Positions 1-13,771 of a stretch of DNA of 64,000 bases are shown piece by piece; within the stretch, counting starts at the first letter, position 1, and each line of letters starts with the position of its first letter. Under the pieces are notes generated by a model, which saw nothing but the letters and a program-made list of their open reading frames with translations, was not told where the DNA came from and ran no database searches. Made by a program: the position numbers and the translations under genes. This DNA is from Balanoglossus misakiensis (Eukaryota > Animalia > Hemichordata), in the NCBI GenBank assembly GCA_040954595.2, contig CM082582.2:9539483-9603482 (forward strand), read 5' to 3'.

Positions 1-962
1 GACTTTCCAAGGTTTTGATAGACTACACGAATTTATAGGGAATCTCTCTGAAACCTGACTGGGTCAGTTTTAGGTCATCTAACATCTTTTTACAACAATT
101 TGAAGATTTTTACACACAATTTTTGTCATAGAAATGTCCCGAAAATTTTTGAAATAATTATATTTCATAATTTTTTTTTTAGGGGGGGGGGGGCAAGACA
201 TTCTCATTATTCAAGCATCTCTGCATATAAAGAAACTACGTCAGATAAATGCTATCATTTCTTTCCAAGATGAAATTGTGCAAAAGGCAATCCTCGCTTC
301 ATGTCAGTTGACATGTTGACTGGAAATCTATAGCTGTCAGATGCAGAGGTAGCAGATATCATACAGACTGTCACATTCAGTATTATCTTCCTTTGATAAC
401 CCCCAGTTACACGTCTATGTGCAGTGACCGTACACAATCCTATGTTTAAAGGACATTGGCCGCAACTTTGGAGAATCCTTTGACATTTTTTTTAAACTTT
501 GTATCAACTACACTATCTTGTTCTACTCTCTGAAGCATGTTGAAATGTCCAGTGTTCTGCTTGTCAACATAACATGGTCTGAGAGTGCCACGGTGTAGCA
601 GGCATTGTTTTGTTTTCCGTTAAAAGATGTTTTGTTGTCAAACAAAAACAACAATGCACGTTTCTCACATGTATTGTTAGTTGACAAGCCAAACAGTGAG
701 CATTTCAACATGTTTTTAACCCTTTCACGCCCCCCACTTACCTCTGTACTGGTCCAACTTTACAGTAGAAAACTATGAATTTGGACCAAACTATTGTGGT
801 GAAAGGGTTAAAATACAAGGGAGAACAAGATGCTGTATTTGATAACAGAACAAATATGATTAGAGATATGTGTCTCTTCTCATAATAACACATATACACT
901 TGGCTCACATTTGTTCCAGATATTAAATAGAAGAACATAAAAAAAGAAGATGTACTTACTTG

Positions 963-3589
963 CTACATGTAGCTGTATTGTGTTGTTGAGGCGGACGATG
1001 AAACTGGAGGTGGTGCCCTCACTGGTGTCGTTTGCGGCGTTGTCACCGCCACTTGTATGCGCGTGGGCACGGCGGTTGCTGGCCGAAGTGTCAGTCCCTG
1101 GGCCTGGGCTCTGTTCAAAACGGCCCACGTCGGGTTGGGCACGATCGCCTGCTGCGTGATCCCTCCTCCAGCGGGTGCCTGGCTGGCAACCAGGGTGAAA
1201 TTCTGGGGAGTCCCCGCGCCGCCTTGGTCGGATCTCTGAGCGACGCCCGCTACGTTGATGTTCGGCCGGAGTTGGAACGTCTGCGGCGGCTGCTGCAGTC
1301 CCGCCTGCAGCTGGCCGACGGGCGTGGCGTGCAGTCGGATGGGTATGGGCCCCTGCTGTTGGATGATCACCGGTTGGCCGTTGCTCAGCGTCGTCACTTG
1401 GATCTGGGTCGAGTTCTGGTCGACGATCATCGAGCTGGGGATGGTCAGGACTTGGGGCATTGTGGCTACCGACTGCTGGTCTGTGTTGTTATGCTGCTGC
1501 TGCGATGCAACAGTGGTGAAGACTCTGTGCAGATTCTGATCCGACTGCGCCATGATGATTCCGTTCTGGGCCTGGCCGACGTGGGAAATCTGCTGCTGTT
1601 GGGAGGCAGACAGACCTTCCAGTGGTGTTGTGTGCAGGAGCTGAGTGACCGGTCCGGATGCAACCGAGTACGTCAGCGGCTGTGGGAAGCTGGCGGACGT
1701 GTTGACGCTGGTGCCGACGTTCGACTGCTGTATCAGACTGACAACGGCCTCCGACTGCTGCTGTTCCTGCTGTTGCTGGCTGTCGGTGTGCAGCACAATC
1801 GTGTCGGTCCTCTGCTCGTTCGACGCGGGGGTCTCCACGACGATGGTCACGGTGTCTTCCGATCCTTTGCCCTGCTCCGCTTGCTCCCCGCTCACCGCCT
1901 GCGCGATGGCCATTTCGACGGCGCGCTCCACCGGTATGTTTGCACCGACAATGTTTCCGCCGGTGACAACTTCGCCCTGAGCGCTGCTCATCTCGGCGTT
2001 CTGCACGGGTTCTTGGAGCTGCAGCACGGCAAGCGCGGTGCTCTGCAGCGACTGCTCGATCTCCTCGTGCTGCCGCCTGTGACTGCGCAACGAGTCCATC
2101 CTCACGAACGACGCGTCGCACATGTTGCACTGCAGAGGCTTCTTCAGCATGCTCGGCAGCTTGATCAGATCCGACCGCTTGCCCTCCGCCTTCTTGCCCA
2201 TCCGGGCCTCCCGCTCTTTCTCCGTCCGTCGGTTCCGTTTCACCTCCCTCTCCCGGACCTTGTCGCCGTGTCTCTTCTTCATGTGCGAGCGCACGTTCCC
2301 CGGCTGCTTCGAGTCGTAGTTGCAGTACGGGCAGCAGAAGGGCCGCTCGTCGCTGTGGATCCGCTCGTGGGCCTTCAGCGCCGCCTTGCTGGCGCACGAG
2401 TAGCTGCACTCCATGCACTTGATGGACTTCTCCGGTTGATGCGTCTTGGCGTGCAGCTTCAGCTGCCGCTTGCTGTTGACGGCGAAGTCGCACTCCTCGC
2501 ACTGGATCTTGTTCTGCGGGTTGTGGTTGATCCGCATGTGCGCCTTGAGGTTGCCCCGCATGGCGCAGCGGTAGTCGCACAGCTCGCAAAGGTAAGGCTT
2601 CTCCCCCGTGTGAATCCGCATGTGCCGCTTCAGGTCCGAGTTGATCTTGAACTTGGCGTCGCACTGCTGGCACTGGAAGGGGCAGTCGCCCGTGTGGGAG
2701 CGCAGGTGCACCACCAGCTGGCTGGAGTTGCGGCTGGCGTAGCTGCAGATCTGGCACTTGAAGGGGCGCTCGTCCGTGTGGATGCGGATGTGCTTCTTGA
2801 GGCTGCTGCCGTCCGCCGCGGCGTAGTTGCAGTAGTCGCACTTGTAGGGCTTGAGGCCGCTGTGCGAACGCTGGTGAACTTTCAGCTTGTCTCGCCGGTT
2901 GAACGCCTTGTTGCACATCTCACACTTGAAAGGTTTCTCCCCGGTGTGCGTGCGATAGTGTCGCTCCAGGTCCTTGTTGTAGGCCGAGACGAAGTGGCAA
3001 CCCGGCTGGTCGCATCGAAACCGCTTCTCGGGCGCGCTCTTCGTCTTCGGACTTTTGCCGCTTGACGTGGTCTTTGCGCTTGCAGAGACCGTCGTCGTTG
3101 CAGTGAGAGCTGTCGTCGCTGTGACTGATGCAGCGACTGCCGGTGTCTGCACTGTTGCAACTTGGACATTGGTGGGCGCTGTCTGCTCATTGAGGGCGTC
3201 CTGGGTCAGCGTCAAAATGTGACGCACCACGTTATCGTGGTGCTGGAGCGGAGTTTCTCCCTGAATCTGCGGCTGCGGTTGCGCGAGCTGCTGTTGCGAC
3301 TGCGACTGCGCTTGGTGAGTCGCGGGTGCTTGGACCTGGCCTTGCTGCAGCGGTGGCTGCTCCGCGGTGCTGGTGGGCGCGGCGTTCGCATACTGCGCTT
3401 CCGCGTTAGCTGGGGCGGTCGCGGGCGTTGCGACTGATGCGGTCACAGGGACAGGTCCAAGGGTGGCAGGTGGCTGTTGTGACGTGCTTGGGCATCCCAG
3501 CCGCTTGTGTGCCAGGAATGTGTTGACGTTGGAAAACTGGAGTTTACAAGCTCCGCAGATGTGTATATCAGGAATAGGATCTGCTGGAT
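963..3589 (-). CDS. ZFP64: Zinc finger protein 64-like; main coding exon with N-terminal PDIHICG finger, tandem C2H2 array and Q-rich C-terminus
   Basis: ORF 963..3668 contains PDIHICGACKLQFSNVNTFLAHKRLGC and fingers such as YAAADGSSLKKHIRIHTDERPFKCQICSYASRNSSQLVVHLRSHTGD, matching ZFP64 as I recall it. Acceptor ttttatttgcatctag lies at 3590-3591 (phase 1), so the ORF part upstream of 3589 is intronic. Confidence 0.9.
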
Positions 3590-6500
3590 CTAGATGCAAA
3601 TAAAAAAAAATAGCATCAATGACACTTTGCTGCCATTTGATCAGAATTGGTCCATTAAAGTGCAACATTATATATCAAACACAAACTCACAAATGCACAT
3701 TTAGCATATAGGCGTACATATACATATTTTATGAGACAATAGAAGATATAGAATATTTTATTTTCAAGGACCGTTAAGTTCGTTTTGGTGATTTCTCCGG
3801 TTTGATCGTCCTAAGAATGTATGGAGGTATGTTTGCAGAATTTCCTATCAATGGCACCTTGTGTAGAAAGGACATTTTCCCCCAGAAAACAAACTTTCAT
3901 TCTTCAGAGTAAATTTTTTTTCAGAGTATATTTCCAGATTAGTTCTTTCCGTGGGACTTCCTGTCTGTTTGACCCAAAATAAACTCAGGAAGTTGGAAAA
4001 AATTACAGGAAATACAACAACTTTTATCGGAACTTTTGGCGGGAAAATATCATCAGCAGAAGAGGTCTGTTCTTTGTGCAGGGGGAAATTGATCTGTCCA
4101 ACATTTGATTTGTGTGGTTACAGGATATAGAAGGACTAGAAGCTGAGGAAAAGTAATGACACGAATACCTGGTCACATTCATCTCGACTATAGAGCAGTC
4201 AATTTAGCAAAATTTGCATCAGAACTGGAACTGCGTGCAAGTTATAAGTTTTGACAGCTCGGGTTGATGTATATGTTTCAGCGCGGCTAAAAGGAACTGG
4301 TAGCAGGAAACGGTTAACTTTACCACACCTTTGAAGCGCTCTGTTTGTGTTGATTTATAATGCGACTGGGTGTATTTCACGCATATAAATATTTAGCCTT
4401 CTAATTGCCTCTGACAGAAAGGAAATTAGGGAAGTATCCATTGGATGTGTCGCACCGCACAGAATTGATATTCCGCTCACCGCTGCGGCCATCGATTGGC
4501 TTTGGAGAGGCCAGACGGTGACTTCCACCGCGCTGACCTCTCCAGGATGTCGGCTAAAATGTTCGTGTTTGTCGGGGCAAGGCGGTGGATTTCCAGATAA
4601 ATTTTTGTGCACATCTCCTCGTCAATTTATGGCTTGCGGATTGATTTTCTGTGACAGGTGTTTAGGTTGCTAATGGCTCCTTCTCAAGATATGGCCCAGA
4701 AGAAAAAAAATAAAACTCCACTGGGATTACAATTTGTAAATTTCAAGGTTACATCCTAAAAAATCCCCTCATTTAACTGTGTTTGAAAAATCTTCAACAA
4801 AAACCAGATGAGATTTCCTTTGATTTTCATTTTGGTGAAAACTTTATTTAATCAAATGATTATTTGTATAAAATAATGATTACCAGATATTGCTGTCAAA
4901 TATACAACTCATCAGAAAAAGAAAGATAGAAGTAGTTTTAATTTTGCCCAAATACAGCCTGCCAACATTCAGACAGGATGATATATAAAAATTAGCCTTC
5001 CACACCTTGACATTTAGCCATGTCATCAGTGACCTTGGGCCACCATTTCCTGTCTTCAAAACAAAACCATCTCAGAATACATATTGGGATGAGACTCTAA
5101 TTTAGGTATTTACTGTCTCTAGAGGGCGCTATTGTGAGTTGTGCAACGGTCGTTACGGTGCGTGCTAGCCATAAACCGATCAGCTCAGAATTTCTTGACT
5201 ATCTGACACTATGACAGCCAAAAAAATTTAAATCGTGTTTACTGAGAAAGAGAGAAATTCTGGAGAAAAAAATATTACGAGAGAAAATAACTACTTTAAC
5301 TGTAGATGACAAATTAGGGCAATCATATCATTAAACGGTGAAATAAAGGAGAGATGTGTCAGATCTCTGAAAGGAATGATTCCGCTCACAGGCATCTCAC
5401 GCTTGAACGTCTGTTGCTGGGAATACACCTTTAATATCGCATGGATTAGCCCCACAATCCTGATCTAAGCATGCCTGTACCTACTGGGAAATATGTAATC
5501 ATCAAAAGGCATGCATGTTTTATCGGGGAGCACCATGCAATTAGCCCAAAGGGCAGGGCGATAAACGCAGGCCAAATGCACAATGATTCGAAAAACTGAA
5601 TAAACAGGAAATCAATTATAACTATAACAGGTTATTCAAGTCTGCGGAACAGGTGCACAGGAAAAAAAAATATGACGGGCGGGGGAAAATCTGCGTTTCC
5701 AAGGGCGCACGAGGCGAATGCAATCAAAGAAAATTTGAAAGTTTTCGGGCTATGATTACTTCTTGCCGTTTTGCCTCCGAGGGTTGTTACATTATAATAG
5801 TCGACTGTCAGAGATAAAGATCCGGTGTAAGCCCCAATATCAAATCCTGCATATTGAAAAAGAAATGACTTTGCAAAAATGGAGGGAAAAAAGAAGAAGT
5901 GTTGATAAGCATCGTGCCATGTACATTCCGTATGATCGGAGCTAATGGAAAATCTACAGGGAATTTTTGCCGGGAATCCCGGCGGGCAGGTTGACCCTGT
6001 TAACTCGGGATCTGCCAGGAATCTCATTTTGACCCGGGACAAATTTTAATCATATACTATTCCGTCAGATCAAACGGGAGACGGCGACGGAGGAGCACGG
6101 GGGTTATGCTTCTTAATATGCCGACATGATTGGTGGAAATCAATGCCAAGATGTTCGCCTCTCAAGGTGACGAGTTTGACAAGCGGCGACGAACCGAGCT
6201 GCAGTCTCTCTCCCCCCCCCCCCCCTCAACTATAGCACCCACTTAACTGCAGATTACTTCCGCATGAAAAAATATTAAACACACACTTGCCAGGCAGTGA
6301 TATGAGTACCTGTTTACATGCGAGACCGGATGCTACTATCTGAATTGATGCACGGGAACTGATCAAGGTTGCCAAGGTCTCGAAGTGATCAAAATACATT
6401 CAAAATTTTAATCAAGTGTCCATCTTTTATTTCATCCTGTCTCCACGGTCAATACTCTCTCCACGAAACAGAATTAACATTTCATTATCATATGAATTTT

Positions 6501-8313
6501 TTTTTCTGGTTCACTTGATACAACAGAGTTAAACCAATTTTAGTAACACCTGTCACCTGTTTAGAAAGAGGTTTTGGAACACAACAATGGGGTCAAAGAG
6601 TTATACTTGACCAAGCTCTTTATGTAGCTCAATGACACAGTACTATCAAGACAACTAAATGGATATATCGCATTTGAATTCTCCTCCCTTCACCTAGACT
6701 ATAAAATGATGGCACATTACCAGAAATGAGGTCATTTTCAATCTCCTAAATGGGGCTTTAACCATAAACTAGACACCCCCTCATCCTTAGAATGTCAAGG
6801 AAACCGTGAAATTAAACGTATTGAAAACTACACGTACAGTTCTATATTTTAATGGGTTTTTGTACTCAATAAACTTCTGTCCCTGCTGATGAAGTTATGA
6901 AAAAAAATGTCTTGATGACACGATTAGTTCATATCTATTATAGCATGATTATAAAAGAGTGTACATGTCAAGAGATTGCTTCAACAACAGCCTTCTATTC
7001 ATCCTTCCTCACAATGAATAGAAACTGTCAAGAAGTCTGTTCCTTGAACAGTGCCACCAGTGGTCAGTCCCTGATGTACAGATCTTTTGTTTTTGTAACT
7101 AAGTCAATGCAAAGTTGCAACACAGTTTGAACAACACAAGCCATATCATAATTTATATCATTCTGAGAGGAAAAAAAGTGTGTGGTTATGTGGATTAGTT
7201 TTGAGATAAAAGTTTTGTCAAACTGTTGTGCTCTCAGAAAACCAATGTGGATTCAAGTCTTTTATGGGCTACCTTTACTTCATTGCAAATTTATTAGCAT
7301 AGTTATTAATTATTAAGATGACTGTTTTTTGTGTCAGTTGTTTTTCGAGTCCTCCATATCCAAAGGGTGGGCCCCCGGGCCATGCCAGCATTTTGTAGTT
7401 CGACCATAGGTGGCGCTATCACACTCCCCACTAAATGTTGTCACTTTCTTCAATGTTATGAATAGATTTCATTTCTCATGCGGTAATTTATGCTCCAAGC
7501 ATGTCTGTTATAAAATTATTTGATTTCTCATACAGATAATTAGGGCTCCGTGAGCACGGCAACAATTTTACACATTAGACAATGTACATGTAGACCCTCT
7601 GCAAACCAACTTCAGAACAACTGGAAACTTACATTAGTATACTCCAGTCTGTGTTTTTTTTTAATTTTTTAAAATTAATTTTGAAATTTTTGCTTGTTAT
7701 TTTTGACTGTTGGTCTTTCATTTTCTTTAAAATTATGTGAGGAGAAGTGAATCATAAAATTAATTTTAAGAAACCACATCAGGGGAAAAGGTCAATGATA
7801 TCAATCATATTTTATGTATATATGCTGCAGTGTTTTAGTTTTCCAAAACCTCAGTGATGAATAATAATTTATATAATTTTAACTATTATAACTTCATAAC
7901 AATAGTATATTTTACGTGACCATAAAATTCCGCATCGATAAAAATCCTTTGGGAATTTTATAGCAAACGATGCTGATGGCTCATCATATATTTTGGCCGG
8001 GCTGCAGTCAGTATACCGGTAGCGTAACAAAATAAAACTGAACGTAGTTTACGTTGGTCAAACGTATAAAGTTGCCCTTTCACCCCGGTAATGCCTATTG
8101 TCTTTAGTGGTCGACGTCACCCCAGAACCATTGTTGTGGTCAAAATTTTAACCAAACATGTGTCCTCGATTCGAATCCGACCGTAATATTACCCTTGGTC
8201 TGGGGCCAGGTATTGTTCGTATTCAAAATTGGCCCGTGACCATGAAATCGACGATTTGTTTAGCGCGTTATTCAATACTGCGACCTCGCAAATCATAAAA
8301 AATCGGTACTTAC

Positions 8314-8353
8314 AGTTTGTGGTGAAATTCTGGTTCGGTACAGAGAGGTTCAT
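8314..8353 (-). CDS. ZFP64: Probable first coding exon of the ZFP64-like gene (MNLSVPNQNFTTN)
   Basis: ATG at 8353, 40 nt, perfect GTAAGT donor. Its phase 1 matches the main-exon acceptor and promoter-like motifs lie just upstream. Additional small exons between 3590 and 8313 cannot be excluded. Confidence 0.55.
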
Positions 8354-8414
8354 TGTCCGTTGCGGGTGTAGAACTGTCGTGAATTTGTAACTTCGTGAAT
8401 CGAAATCCACAATA

Positions 8415-8454
8415 CAAAATGGCGGGTCCTAGATTGATCCGTACGCATGCGTAC
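8415..8454. promoter_or_regulatory. Housekeeping-type promoter elements upstream of the ZFP64-like gene (YY1-like and NRF1-like motifs)
   Basis: CAAAATGGCGG at 8415-8425 and perfect palindrome GTACGCATGCGTAC at 8441-8454, 60-100 bp upstream of the putative ATG, in a divergent intergenic region. Confidence 0.45.
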
Positions 8455-9246
8455 AAGCGCTGATATGTACATATCAGCGCTTCACATAAGGGACTGTGCA
8501 TCACATACCAGGAAGGGCGTTACAGCTAGTTTGTTTTGTGCAAATTCTAACCTGACTGGTGAAATGTGTGCCCTCAACAAATAGCTGTAAATTCTGAAAG
8601 AGTTGTAAACAACGCTAGTAACTTCTGACTGCAGAAATAACTTATCAAAACAGCCCACGGTTAAATGGTAAGCGTACGTTGTTTTTGTTGTGAAATTAAT
8701 TCTATGGTCAGTAAAAGTCATCGAATTAAACAATCTGTATGTGATGTTTGCAGAGAAATGTATTTCTGACTGACAAAAACTGGTTACCTGATAACTATAA
8801 TTAAAAAGTAGTACCCCCTTCGTCTTAAAACATTTTCGATATGGCAACTTTGGACTTTTCTCTCGTAGTAAAAGTAAAATAAAAAGTTCGCGTCACCGCG
8901 CGAAATTTTGAAAGATAGCGCAAAAACTTTGTGAATTTTAAGAAAACAGAACGGTGAATGCTGACATAATTAACAGTTTCTATTGTGTCGCATATTATAG
9001 GTGGTTGGTTAAAATTAAGTTTGTAGTGAATCTACATAATCCCTGAAACGATATTTACAGGTTACCTAAGTTTGCCATTACCAACAAATGTGCTTACTGA
9101 CCCTCCTGCGATGAAGAATATAGGTAATCGCCCTTATCGACGTAACACCGTCATTGACGAGTGTTGATCGAGCTAGTACCACGGTCACTCCCAGAACCCA
9201 GTACTTCTAAAACGAACCAAATCATAAGGCCTGTATTTACGAAGAC

Positions 9247-10233
9247 ATGGCACAAAATTTGAAGGAATTTTGCCAGAAACTACAAGAAGAGCCGGTAAAA
9301 CGTTACAAGGCAGGGGATTTCAAGGGGCTTTCTGAACTTTACACTCCGGACTGCAAGTTAATGCCCACTGGCTTTGACGTTTTGTTCGGCCGTGAAGGTG
9401 AGCTCACATTTTTAATTCGCCCACCCACTTAACGGAACGCCCTTTGCGACACTTATGGTTGTCAGGGGGGAGGGGGGCGCTGGTGTTACGTCGGTTTGCG
9501 GCCGGTGAAGTCGACCCGCACTGTAATTGCAAATGTCGTCACACAGCTATAGTGGTTTTGAACTTCTACAGGGTTGAAACCGTTGATTTTCTAACTTATT
9601 ATACATGTATAACATATAAGCGTACACTGTTTTGCGCAACAATTTTACACAATGAACTTATTTCAATTATAGCCCCCAGTTTTTAAAATTCGTAACAAGT
9701 TGAACAAAACGGCGACAACCTTGGTTTAGTTTTATAATACCAATCGTGATCTGAATTGCGTACATGTTTTTTTTCTTCTGGCGAAAACCATTCAAAACAG
9801 CTATTTAGGCTATTGTATGTCTTCTTTGTGATGCAATGGCCATTCCTTTCAGTCTGCTTTTAGAGAGCAAATACATTGAAAGACTCCTGGAGTCCATTAA
9901 GTCATTAAAACCCCGTATAAATTAATCCCTGATTTCTTTGAACACAGCTAGCAACAGGGAGGTCGTTCTCATTTCTGCTCCGTATTTTTCTACCTCTTCT
10001 CAGCTGTTGAGAAGGCTTTCAGAGATTTCTACAACAGCGGGGCCACAAGTTCGACCCTCGACACCGACGAAGCGGGCCAGGTTCACGGCGACGACTGCTT
10101 GTATGAACGGGGACACTACAAGTTTTTCAGTGAGGATGGGAGCGTTCTCGACGAGGGCAAGTATGTCGTCATCTGGAAGAAGAGAGACGGGAGATACCTC
10201 ATTGACATCGACATCTGGAACAGCAACCGTTGA
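9247..10233 (+). CDS. NTF2-like/SnoaL-like (DUF4440-type) protein, paralog A, 126 aa
   Basis: Exons 9247-9397 and 10004-10233 (GT-AG, phase 1). Protein: MAQNLKEF...AGDFKGLSELYTPDCKLMPTG...GREAV...YERGHYKF...DEGKYVVIWKKRDGRYLIDIDIWNSNR, a ketosteroid-isomerase-like fold signature. Confidence 0.85.
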
Positions 10234-11586
10234 GGTTTTGATTCGAGGACTATAGTAAGACATTGTCCCCTTAGAAAATGTTATGAAATGATGCTTGCCA
10301 GATTATTTATAACCACGTGCGCTGCAGTGGTGATATATATGGTGTCTTTCTTGCCATGGTGAGATATATGTGGTGCCAGTGTAGAGCTGCAGAATATTCC
10401 TACGGATGCACTTACATATTTAGTCTTGCAGTGGGCATTATTCGTTCACAAAGTTTCTGTATTGCATTTTGCATAAAACTCTTGACTGTCGAAGTGACCG
10501 TATCCCCTGTGGCTTGCCCCAAGAGGACCCCAAGCATTACAATGACGAGACACCCTCTGCTATCTAAACCTAAAGGCACAAAATGTCTACTGAGCTCAAT
10601 AAACTTATGGTGTGGTATTGTATAATATGAACTGGTCAGCGCTCATTGGGCTGGCTAGGGTTAATTTAAATAAACTTATTAGATGCTAGGATTATGGATT
10701 CGCATTATTTTCTTTTTGCATATCTGTACGACATTAATTCATAGAGCCTACAGTGAGATTCCAGAAGATTGAGCGGTAGTGATTTCGCACGACTGGTGCA
10801 AATATACATATCTTAATACATGTACAATCAGAGTTATTGGAAACAAAAAGTGAGAGAAAAAATACCAGGAGATGAATCTATAATGAAATGATTAAGACCA
10901 GCAGTAACCGTTGCACAAGAAGCTGTTCACATCAGTGTTGACTGAATAACCGTCTGGAAGTATATCCTGAAGATAATACAGGCTTTATTCCCTTTATGTG
11001 TTCTAGTTGAGGGCTAAAATGCGCATTGCACATACTGCTGTTTGTACCTTTTGTAAATTCAAGAAAAGCCTTTGATTCGGATTATAGAAAGGGTCTCCTT
11101 CTGAAAATGGAAAGATCGGTGTCACAAGATGGGTGGTAGGAACTCCTAAGTTGTGACACCGGTAAAACGCTTCTCTAAAATATGATAATCGGGGTGAGAA
11201 CAGGTTAATGCATCTAATAATGAGCTTTAGCCCTTTCACCACCATGGTTTCGTCCAAGTCCACGGTTTTCTATGGTACTGTTGGACCTCTATAAAGGGAA
11301 ATGGGGTGAGTCCCTATAGGAGAACGACGTTTCGGCGAAATAAATATAAATACCTTATGGCCTGCAATGCGGAGGCTGGCTACTTGCTTGTAGACTGGAC
11401 ATGCGCGGCGACAGACAGGCTGGTTGTGATGCAATTATCCACACACGTGCGGTTGTGTAACTGTAATCATGGTCGACACGTGGATACAAGGAAAATCCGA
11501 TTGGACTGACGGCTGCCTGATACAACAGGTCTAACAACAGGTCTCAACACACTGGATAGGCTGCTGGCTGCGGCGCAAACATACCT

Positions 11587-11633
11587 TGGACACGAGTAGA
11601 AATGGCGACTCTGGAAACGAGTAGAAATGGCGA
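11587..11633. repeat. Short imperfect tandem duplication, period 25 bp
   Basis: tgga.acgagtagaaatggcga occurs twice in tandem. Confidence 0.6.
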
Positions 11634-11985
11634 AAACAACGAGATTCTGGTCACCAGCCTTTCGCACCGTTCCTCCGGGGACTTTCACTCTCGTCACAAC
11701 TGAGACCTCGGAGCCGATTGGTGCACTGGATGACAAACAGCAGATGCACTACTGACAATATGCAGATACATATGACCCGGACGTCAAACGTACCCGATCA
11801 GTGGTAACATGAATAATTTTCAGTCAAACATGAAGTCCTCCAATCAGTACCAGTAAAACTAAGAATGATAGGGGTAACGATTCATTAAGGATCACATGTC
11901 ATGTTTTATCACGAAAATGACGTCTGTATTGATTTTTGACTGATTTTATTTCACCGTAAACGGAAATTATACACAAAATGTCTTG

Positions 11986-12802
11986 CTAGGAATGATCGCC
12001 GTTGAAACATTTCAGATATATCTGATGACCATCGCCAGCTTTCTTCCAGATGATGAGATATTTCCCAGCCCCGCCACTGGAACCGTCTTTCTTCCAAAAT
12101 TCGTAGTGACCCCTCTCAAATGCTGTATCTCCGCCGGCGATGCCTCCGACCTCGTCGGTGCCGAGTGTAACCGTTGCAAGTCCGCTCGACTTCATACCCG
12201 TCAAGACTTCTACAACACCTGAAGGGTTAAAGGGGAACCGATGTTACAGGCGAAAAGCGCAGAGATGACGAAGAGGTTGACGATCGTCTTATGCGCATGT
12301 GTACAAACATTGCAACAAGTTCCGAACCCTGGGATGTCAAAATGCGTCTCGTGGGAATGTTATCAGATGTCATGACCTCTAACATGTTGGTTGCAATTCA
12401 ATAATCGCATATTACTTGGATCGTTTACGAGTGAGAAGCGATCATTTCCTAAAAGCAAAATTAATCAGATTCCCGACCTCTTCACTTTTGTAAGACATTG
12501 ACTAGATGCCCACCTTTAACGCGTTGTCTTCAATCTCGCCTTATCAGTCCGGATAGTGACTAATGAGTAAGGTGCCTTGGCGTTGAAGTGTGTTAAACCT
12601 TAGTGTTGTACCTAATACATATACACATACGATGCAAACAGATTCTACCTGCACGTCCTGCCTTTGTCGGCATCCCCGGGACCAAGAACTTGCAGTCCTC
12701 GGTGTACAACTCAGACACGCCCTGGATGTCACCCGCGTCGAACAGCTCCGAGTACTTGGCCTCGCGAGCCTCGATTGTGGCCTTGAGTGTCGAGTCCGCC
12801 AT
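11986..12802 (-). CDS. NTF2-like/SnoaL-like (DUF4440-type) protein, paralog B, 128 aa
   Basis: Exons 12802-12649 and 12218-11986 (phase 1, same intron position as paralog A). Protein: MADSTLK...AGDIQGVSELYTEDCKFLVPG...GRAGV...FERGHYEF...GKYLIIWKK...CFNGDHS. Confidence 0.85.
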
Positions 12803-13771
12803 GTCTGCGTGCTGGTCCGAGCCGAACTGTATATTCCCTTATATCTGTAAAACAAACCGTAAGACAATTTGGGTCAAACGTCACCCATCTGATGAAGCAA
12901 ACCAGGTCAAAATCAAGTCGCCAGCTGCGCGTTTGTAGAACACTTGTGGTTTTCAAAAATCGTAGATAGCAAAATTAATACACATTAAAGCAGTAATCAC
13001 CAAGATCACGCCAAACCACACCTAGGGAAATCGACGCTTTACTTGAAAGGTGAATCAAGGGTAAGATCGGGGGTGAATTGGCCAAGTGTGACTCTTGGAT
13101 GGTACGGACGCCCTCTATTGGACAAAATGGAAATCTAAAATCTAGCCGACTGACTCGGGTTCGGGTACTAATAATGACTAGTGACATATGTGTGCATTGA
13201 TCCAGACAACCAGCACTTATTAGACCTAAATCCCGATCATTAGCGTCACATGCATATAGCAGCTACCTTCACATTTCACGAGACTGCATGACTTTCACTA
13301 TCACAGACCTGACATTTGTGGTCCAGACTGAACGCTCATGATATTATAGGGCTAGGCTGCAGGGCCTATCTTTATTTTTGTAAAGTTGTTGAGTGACCGT
13401 GTAATAACACATATCTCACATTGCCAAAATTTCACCACACGATATAGAATATATATGTGGTAAAAACGTGCTTGGAATGGAAATGCATGAAATTGGGTAT
13501 TTTCTATTGAGCATTCTATTCACGCGCGCGACTCTGGATCAGGGATTCGAATTTCGTTTACGTTGCGGCCCTCGTGCGACGCTGGGAAGAAACGTTTGCG
13601 GTGAAACTGGCGTGTTTGCCGTTGTCATCCGATACGTTGACTGGAATAGTTAAAAATATGTGCATCGGCAAGCGCTCGTCACAGTGCTGTAGCCTCAGCT
13701 AGGGAAAGCACGGCGTAGTAGCACTAAGGCATTTAAATAGAAGTGGGGCGTTTGCATAGTGACGGTGAAAA

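Noticed and set aside
1032-3065. 677-aa plus-strand ORF and 475-aa alternative-frame ORF (1489-2916) overlapping ZFP64
   Set aside because: Shadow ORFs expected from the GC3-rich, Q-rich sense frame; low complexity with no recognisable domain.
3590-3668. N-terminal extension MLHFNGP... of the 901-aa ORF
   Set aside because: Lies upstream of a clear polypyrimidine/AG acceptor, so it is intronic read-through.
11440-11760. Coding-looking stretch between the DUF4440 paralogs
   Set aside because: Plus-strand frames are interrupted by stops, and the short minus-strand ORF has no recognisable homology.
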